Assembly (NCBI GenBank): GCA_951406725.2
Contig: OX597825.1
Location: 83,638,001 to 83,702,000, forward strand
DNA length: 64,000 nucleotides
Source of the DNA: Octopus vulgaris
Lineage: Eukaryota
Reading direction: 5' to 3'
Shown here: positions 56,991-64,000 of the stretch, piece by piece
Position numbering within the stretch: the first letter of the stretch is position 1
Layout: every line of letters begins with the position of its first letter
Position numbers and translations under genes: made by a program
Notes under the pieces: model-generated
Databases searched by the model: none
The model's input: the letters and a program-made list of their open reading frames with translations, nothing else
What the model was told of the DNA's origin: nothing

Positions 56991-58899
56991 TTTTTTATGT
57001 TGGGTAACACATTAAATCGCCCACTCAATTGCTCGGGTGTCTAAAAATATACTACATTTACTAAACATATATTAATTAAATGAAGCATAAGTTGAAAGGT
57101 ATGGTTAGTTAAACTGATTGGAACTATTTTTGGAACAGCCATCAGGTAAGTTCTTTGTCACACAGCTCGTTAATTCTCATTGTAATCAAAGTGTTTGTCT
57201 ACGGCATTTCATCAATGAATACTTTTAATTAGATCTATCGATCTGTACCTTGGTTCTCATTTCATGCCTCATAAATTACTATTTTCTCATCGATCTATAT
57301 TTAGTAACATTTATTTAGTCATCTTTTCTTCATAAATATTTCTGCTAATGCTTCCACTGAACAATTATGGCAAATGGCAATAATATGGGAATTGTAATCT
57401 GGATGTTTTTCTAGTGCTCGTGTCAGAAAACAATGTTAGCCTGTTTCAATATATGTCTCACATGCTTCCTGGCTGTCTGATGAGAAACATGAACATTTAC
57501 GGCCAGTCAAACAGATATGGCGTTCAGAGATTTTTTTTTATATTTCTCGCTTTTTCTGTTGTATTTTTTAACAGCAGTTTTTGATCGATATTGAACTCGT
57601 AGCGCGTGTGTGCGCGCGTGTGTGCGCGCGTGTGTGCGCGCGAGCGCGTGTGTTTTTATAAGAGCTGTCGAAAAACATCCAGCGGAAGGCGTTGTTTCCC
57701 ACCAATTAAACAGCGGTCGTGTTTCTAAATCACCAATTAATTATAACAATTTCACCTTCGACAATCAGGAACTTTTTAATCAACAAATTTCTTACAGTAG
57801 AGTTGTATATACTTTAAGTACGAATAGTTTGTAAATAAAGAGAAATTTTTGATATATTGATATTTCCTACATCTAAAACATCAAGGGCTAATTATTCGGC
57901 TGTTATCTCTAGCAAATCTAGCTAACATTCTTTTCTAATTTTGATACAAAAACCAATGAATTTTAGGAAAGGTGTTTACGCTTAGTTCCATTCCAATACT
58001 GGTCAGGTACTTTATCTTATCTGCTCTTTATCTTATTCAGTAGCTCTTTCATGTAAAATAAAAACATGCTCTACGTTTAATTACTTTCACTCCAAAACAA
58101 TACGTGTCATGGAGGCCCTCCATTAAAAACCTCATTCTGTGTAGTTAAAAACTTAATTAGAACTAAAACTGCGGAGCTTGATCCATGTGGTTTCTGATTT
58201 AGATACAAGACCAGCAGTTTTGAGGAAGTGAGGTAAGTCAATATCAACGATCCCAGAATTTGACTTGGTATATGTGCGTGTGCGCGTGTGTGTATTTGTG
58301 TGTGTGTACAGGAAAGGAGAGAGAGAGAGAGAGATACAATATGTATGCTGTATTTGTGTATGTGGGTGTGGCGAGGAATATCCCATTAATATACAAAACT
58401 CATTACATGTTACATGTCCCATTTTAATTGCAGAACTTGCATGGATATATTCCACGTCTAACTGTAAGATTTCCCTCAATATAACACGTTACAGCAAATA
58501 GACAGAAATTTGAGATAAATATGAGAACTTTTGCATTTTTACCTCTTGCTACACACTCCGAATTCCTCACATTTGTTCTTTATAAATACTACAGTAACAG
58601 GGAGAGCTGCTACATTGCTCCGGCTTATAGCCGTAAATCAAACGTGGAAACAATCTTGTGTCCCGCCAGTGTAATATATGCCTATTTTAGTTAAACTGGT
58701 TTATTCAAGAATTGCTGGTTCTGTATTATTATTTCCTTGACTCAAGCATTTTTATAGCCTTAATTAATTTTTAATTAGTTATTAAGCCGTCTGAAGGCAA
58801 AAATACTTCGTTTATTTTAATTAAATGTGTTATGTAAGATGTATGTGTGTGGAAAATACACAGAGACATCGCAAATGCACACGGCCGGACTAACGCACT

Positions 58900-58942
<43 letters not shown>

Positions 58943-59104
58943 ATACACATAGGTAAATATAGACAGATATAGATTGATGCTATAATAGGTGTGTCTGTAT
59001 GAGTCAGTTTGTGTATATATGCTTATGAGTATGTGTGAATATATATATATATACGGACGTATGTATATGAATATAGATAACTGTATGCATGTACATGTAC
59101 ACAA

Positions 59105-59147
<43 letters not shown>

Positions 59148-59168
59148 CATATACATATATATATATAC

Positions 59169-59232
<64 letters not shown>

Positions 59233-59689
59233 GAATACACACATATATATATCGGTATGTGATTATATACATATATATATATATAGATATATACATATAA
59301 ACGGATATATGTATATGAATATATATGCATGCATGTATGTATGTATGCATATATTTTTTGTATGTGCGTAAATAAATGTGCGTTTATGTGTGTTTGTGTG
59401 CATGTTTATATATCTGCATCAGTTAAAACTGGTTTTGTAGACTTAATTAAAACGCAATTTTGCCATAATAGAAAATTATATGTAACTTAATATATTGATG
59501 AGATAATAATTAATTACAAGTTTACGTCATGTTATTTAATGTCTCCTTATGTATCAACTTTAACTTCCACACACTTTATCGGTCTCTACACTCACTTAAC
59601 ATGGTTATGTGAGTGTACACGGTGTTTTTCGTGCTAAATATATATATGTTATTTCAACCGGTACACCATGACAGGACAGACAGTTTCTC

Positions 59690-59830
59690 TATAGGCACAA
59701 TGCCTGAAATTTTGAGAAAGGGACTAGTCTGTTACAGCGACCCTTGTGTTCACCTGGTACGTATTTTATCGATTCCAAAATTATGAAAGGCAAACTCGAC
59801 GGCGGCGGAATTTGAACTCAGAAAATCAAG
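59690..59830 (-). mobile_element. Diverged SINE family B variant
   Basis: TTTTATCGATTCC...ATGAAAGGCAAACTCGAC..CGGCGGAATTTGAACTCAGAA. Confidence 0.7.
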
Positions 59831-60563
59831 ACAGAGTGAGTGGCCAGACGTATGATAAATGGTATTTAACTTGTTACATTTAGAATCACGTCTGTATAGG
59901 GAGGATCTTACATTCACAGGGCTCACTATTCCCTTTATTGAAATAGTAAATTGTGTTTTTATTGAGGAAGATTTGGCTGCTATTTTAACAGTTCGAATTA
60001 TCACAGAGCAGCACATGCTGGTTTACTATCTAAAAAATAGTTGTACAATTTGAGGAAGAATAGACTACTATTTTTGGCATTCGCTACATTGGAATATTAT
60101 TGCTTCTTCTCCGTGGTGAGTTGGCAGTATCTTTAGTATGACGCATGCGCTGTGGATGTATAGTAGAAAGGCAAAGACTTTTACAACTCTCTCATATATC
60201 AAGAAAATTCAACGAATTAATTTAATTAATTTACGGATGCTTTGACAGCTAAACTTCTACAAATATAGGCGTAGAACTCAAAGTCATCTTTAGTATGTGA
60301 AATGTCACTGTTAGCACCGCAATAATTCATCTAATAACAGGATATGCACCGAATATTCAAATCTCTCTCATTTAGTCTGAAGTCTAGCAACTGTAGCTAT
60401 AAATACAAATTCATATTGGCTCTAGAAAGGATTTAATCAAGTTGGATATTCTTTACTGTCCACACTGAGACTGTATGGTACCCATAACAGAAATTTACGA
60501 CTCTCCCACGTATCAGTCAATTTTAATTTATTAAATACGAATGAAGAAACAGTAAATATCTGT

Positions 60564-60649
<86 letters not shown>

Positions 60650-60728
60650 GAGTATAACTCCAAACTTACAGGGGAAAATTCAATTTAGTATTAATTCAAA
60701 TTTCACAGTATAACTATATTAAATATAA

Positions 60729-60964
60729 ATTAGAGATAAATCCATTATTATGCAACTCAAACTTTGATAGACATAAACCAATACATAAATAACAAATATA
60801 TATTTTTATAAAACATATAACTTATAACTAGATCTCAATATTTATATATAATATATTAATTAATTAATTAAGTTATATGTTTTATAAAAATATATATTTG
60901 TTATTTATGTATTGGTTTATGTCTATCAATGTTTGAGTTGCATAATAGTTGTTTTATCTATAAT
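60729..60964. repeat. AT-rich inverted repeat (arms 60729-60824 / 60869-60964)
   Basis: TATTATGCAACTCAAAC.TTGATAGACATAAACCAATACATAAATAACAAAT mirrored. Confidence 0.85.
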
Positions 60965-62199
60965 ATATATATTTTATATATATACGGGTTTCCAAAAAAC
61001 CGGCCAGCGTAAATTCTACAACCCTAAAACCCCCAAAAGCCATGTTATGCGACAAGTGCAGTAGGCTTACTTCGTCGCTATTGTCACTAGTCTATTTGGG
61101 ATTTATGAAGGTTGTTGTCAAACCACGCCGAGCAAATGAGTGGAGTGCAGAACTTATAAATTGTGTTCAAACCATTAGGTTATAAGTCGCGCTTTCCAGT
61201 GACTGCATATATAGGTGTGAAAAGAGGGCAAGATGGAGACAGTTGTCTGCGATATACTGCGACACGCTACGGTTTTATAGATGAGTAGTTATCTCCCTGT
61301 ATGTATGTATGCATATATTTGTCGGATATTGTTAACAGAACGTGGCAGATACAGTGGGAAGACACAATGGTATCCTTCCATCTGAGGGATACCATTGCTT
61401 GGATAGTAGTCTAGTTGGTCGTTACTTGTAGACGCGAATCCGTTGCTAGCTGCGAAGAAGACATTCCATAGCCCGTCTTGTAAATTGTAGCTGTAATTCA
61501 AAAGATACAGCCTTGGCACGACCTGAAAATTTCGTTTCTGGTACACGTCTTAATGAATCGGTCAACCAATGAATTCATTTGATCGAACAGCTGAATCCTC
61601 GTCGACAAACGACGAAGAACCACCACCACCACCACCTAAACCTTGTTTGATATTCTATTGCTATTTTTGGTTTTTAGTATTTTTGTTTTCTTTTGTTGCG
61701 TAGTTGTAATTCGAACCAGGATCAGCTGTGAACTAGCAGAGGAGTTTCCTACTCGAAGATATAAGAGCCATTAGCAAGGCATACGTTGTAGAATATGTCC
61801 TTCTTTGGGACGTAATTTGAGGTCGGTCTGGCTACTATGTGTAACAGCTCCTGTGAACTCTTGGCAGTCCTCCAATCAATATAGATTTCCTTATTTGTGC
61901 TTGCGTTGTTTTGCCCGCAGTTTCACCCTGGTGGGACTAACTTGTCACTAAAACGGTAGAGCAGATTCACGGCTGACGTTTTTGTCACATGTGACCATTC
62001 TACATTTATGCTTACATTGCACTATACTTCTCAATATCTTGCTTCTATGATGACACAGGGAATATGAAGGGAATTTGGCTGCCATTTTGAACAGGTAACA
62101 TCACCGCGTAAATTTCCTCTCATTGGCTCAACTGTACCGATGCCGGTTTTACTGTTGATTTTTGTTGTTTTTATCCGGCTGCTGTTGTTTTTGGCTTTC

Positions 62200-62315
62200 T
62201 TCTTTTTCTTCTTCTTCTTCTTCTTTTTCTTCTTCTTCTTCTTCTTCTTCTTCTTCTTCTTCTTCTTCTTCTTCTTCTTCTTCTTCTTCTTCTTCTTCTT
62301 CTTCTACTACTAATT

Positions 62316-62387
<72 letters not shown>

Positions 62388-62400
62388 ATACTAATTCTTC
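62200..62400. repeat. (TTC)n(CTA)n compound microsatellite
   Basis: Read directly from sequence. Confidence 0.95.
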
Positions 62401-63901
62401 TTGTTTAGCTTCAGTTTAAATCTGATGAAGCAGAGCAGATGCATGGCCAAAAGCCATTTGATCTTTTTCCTTACTGAAGATTATATTTTCTACAAGCCGC
62501 TGTTTCATTTATAACGATATGGTGTAATTTGAAGCAGAATTAGCTGCTATTTCAGGTAGATCGATACCGTGTCGAGGCTTCCTTCCTATTGAAGTATTGA
62601 CAATAGTCGAAAAGCGAATAAATTTTATCGTCCCAGAATAACCATTCATCGACACATTAACGAAGTTAGATGAAGTTGCTGGCCAGCAGAGTCGTCAACC
62701 AGTTCACAAAACGAAAACAAAATAACAACTAAAAAAGAAAATTAATATACTCTCTGAAGCGATTCCTGTATTTTAATACCATACAGGATAAAGAAATTAT
62801 GCAATTAAAATTCATTAAAATACTTTGATCCGAAGCTGAACAATTGCACATTCCAATAAAAGGTCGTCTGTTAATAATAATGGGAAAGAAATCGCTGCGA
62901 TAACGTTGGAGATACGAAGACTGATGGCTTGGCGATGTTGGCTTTGCCGGGGACGTTGTCGGTAGATGTTCATCTGATTTAGAAACAGAAAATTAAACGT
63001 ATTTCATCATGCCAGTATCAATTAATTTCAAGAGAACATCACTATGGGTCATTTAGGTGATAAATACATCTATAGTAATTATTGATAATTATTGTTGAAA
63101 CCAGTTATATCTGAATAATTTTGTTTCGATCGAACTTTAATTGTATTCCGTTACTGAATTATACTTGTTTAGTTAAACATATACCTTTTTTTTATCTCTT
63201 ACACACACCTACACAAACACACAACACACAGACATCTATGGGCATTTATTCTTCAGTGAATTATTTAATTGCAAAATTTACTTTGTTAATGGCAAATGTC
63301 AAATGTTAATTTTACCATAGATGATAATTAAAGCTGTAATTAACAATTAGCGGGACATTTGAGCAATTGTAACAGAGAAATCGACAAAATCTTGTTTTAT
63401 CGTAATGACTCTGCTGTTTAGAATTGCAGTGGTTTAGAGGATAGGGTTTCATTTGTGTAGCAACCGGCAATTTATTGACGCTGCTTTCATGTCCATGGCA
63501 CTTCGTATTGAACAACACAGGCGTCCATAGAAGCTGTAAGCAATAACAATCTATAATTACCAAACTCTGCATTAACTTTGAAGGAAGTGAGTTCGAGGTT
63601 TACATGGTTACCAACCCATGATAAAAATGCTGAGTGCATTCTGTTTTATTGGAGTCTAGTTTAATTTACTAAAGTAGATCAGGAAAAATAAAAATGAATA
63701 TTGATGGAGCTTGAGGATAGTGTTCGAACCATTGCCATCCGATTTTGCTCATTGTTTCTTTAATCGCTAGTTTCTATGACACTTTCAGTCATTTTGTGAA
63801 TGGAGAAAAAAAAACATTATCTTAGAACAGAAACCTCATCGAAATATGCTGTTGTCTTAATGGTCTTGTGGGTAAAGACATGGACACAGCAACACACGAA
63901 A

Positions 63902-64000
63902 GGCGGCAAGCTGGCAGAAACGTTAGCACGCCGGGCATAATGCTCAGCGGTATTTCGTCTGCCGCTACGTTCTGAGTTTAAATTCCACCGAGGCTTACTT
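63902..64000 (+). mobile_element. SINE family B, cut by the window edge
   Basis: GGCGGCAAGCTGGCAGAAACGTTAGCACGCCGGG. Confidence 0.85.

Noticed and set aside
61365-61397. 14-bp hairpin CAATGGTATCC/GGATACCATTG
   Set aside because: Isolated, too short for a pre-miRNA, and without supporting context

Overview
AT-rich, repeat-saturated animal non-coding DNA. The SINE families and the extreme microsatellite load most resemble an Octopus (cephalopod) genome, but that attribution is an inference from recognition. I find no intact host gene; nearly all ORF-track entries are microsatellite read-through. The window holds three tRNA-head SINE families in many copies, decayed Tc1/mariner transposons, non-autonomous Helitrons, RTE-, CR1-group- and R4/Dong-like LINE fragments, several long inverted repeats and very long simple repeats. 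Most notable: (i) a set of type I hammerhead ribozyme (HHR) motifs, including a well-paired canonical one at 33272-33325 and an inverted-repeat element at 497-865 with an intact HHR on each strand; (ii) a U2 snRNA 5' fragment fused to an unrelated tail and (AAT)n at 14690-15032; (iii) R4-like retroelement ends stacked in (CATA)n and (TAA)n microsatellites; (iv) a 3' tail shared between a SINE family and a LINE. All calls were made by eye, and boundaries of decayed repeats are approximate.
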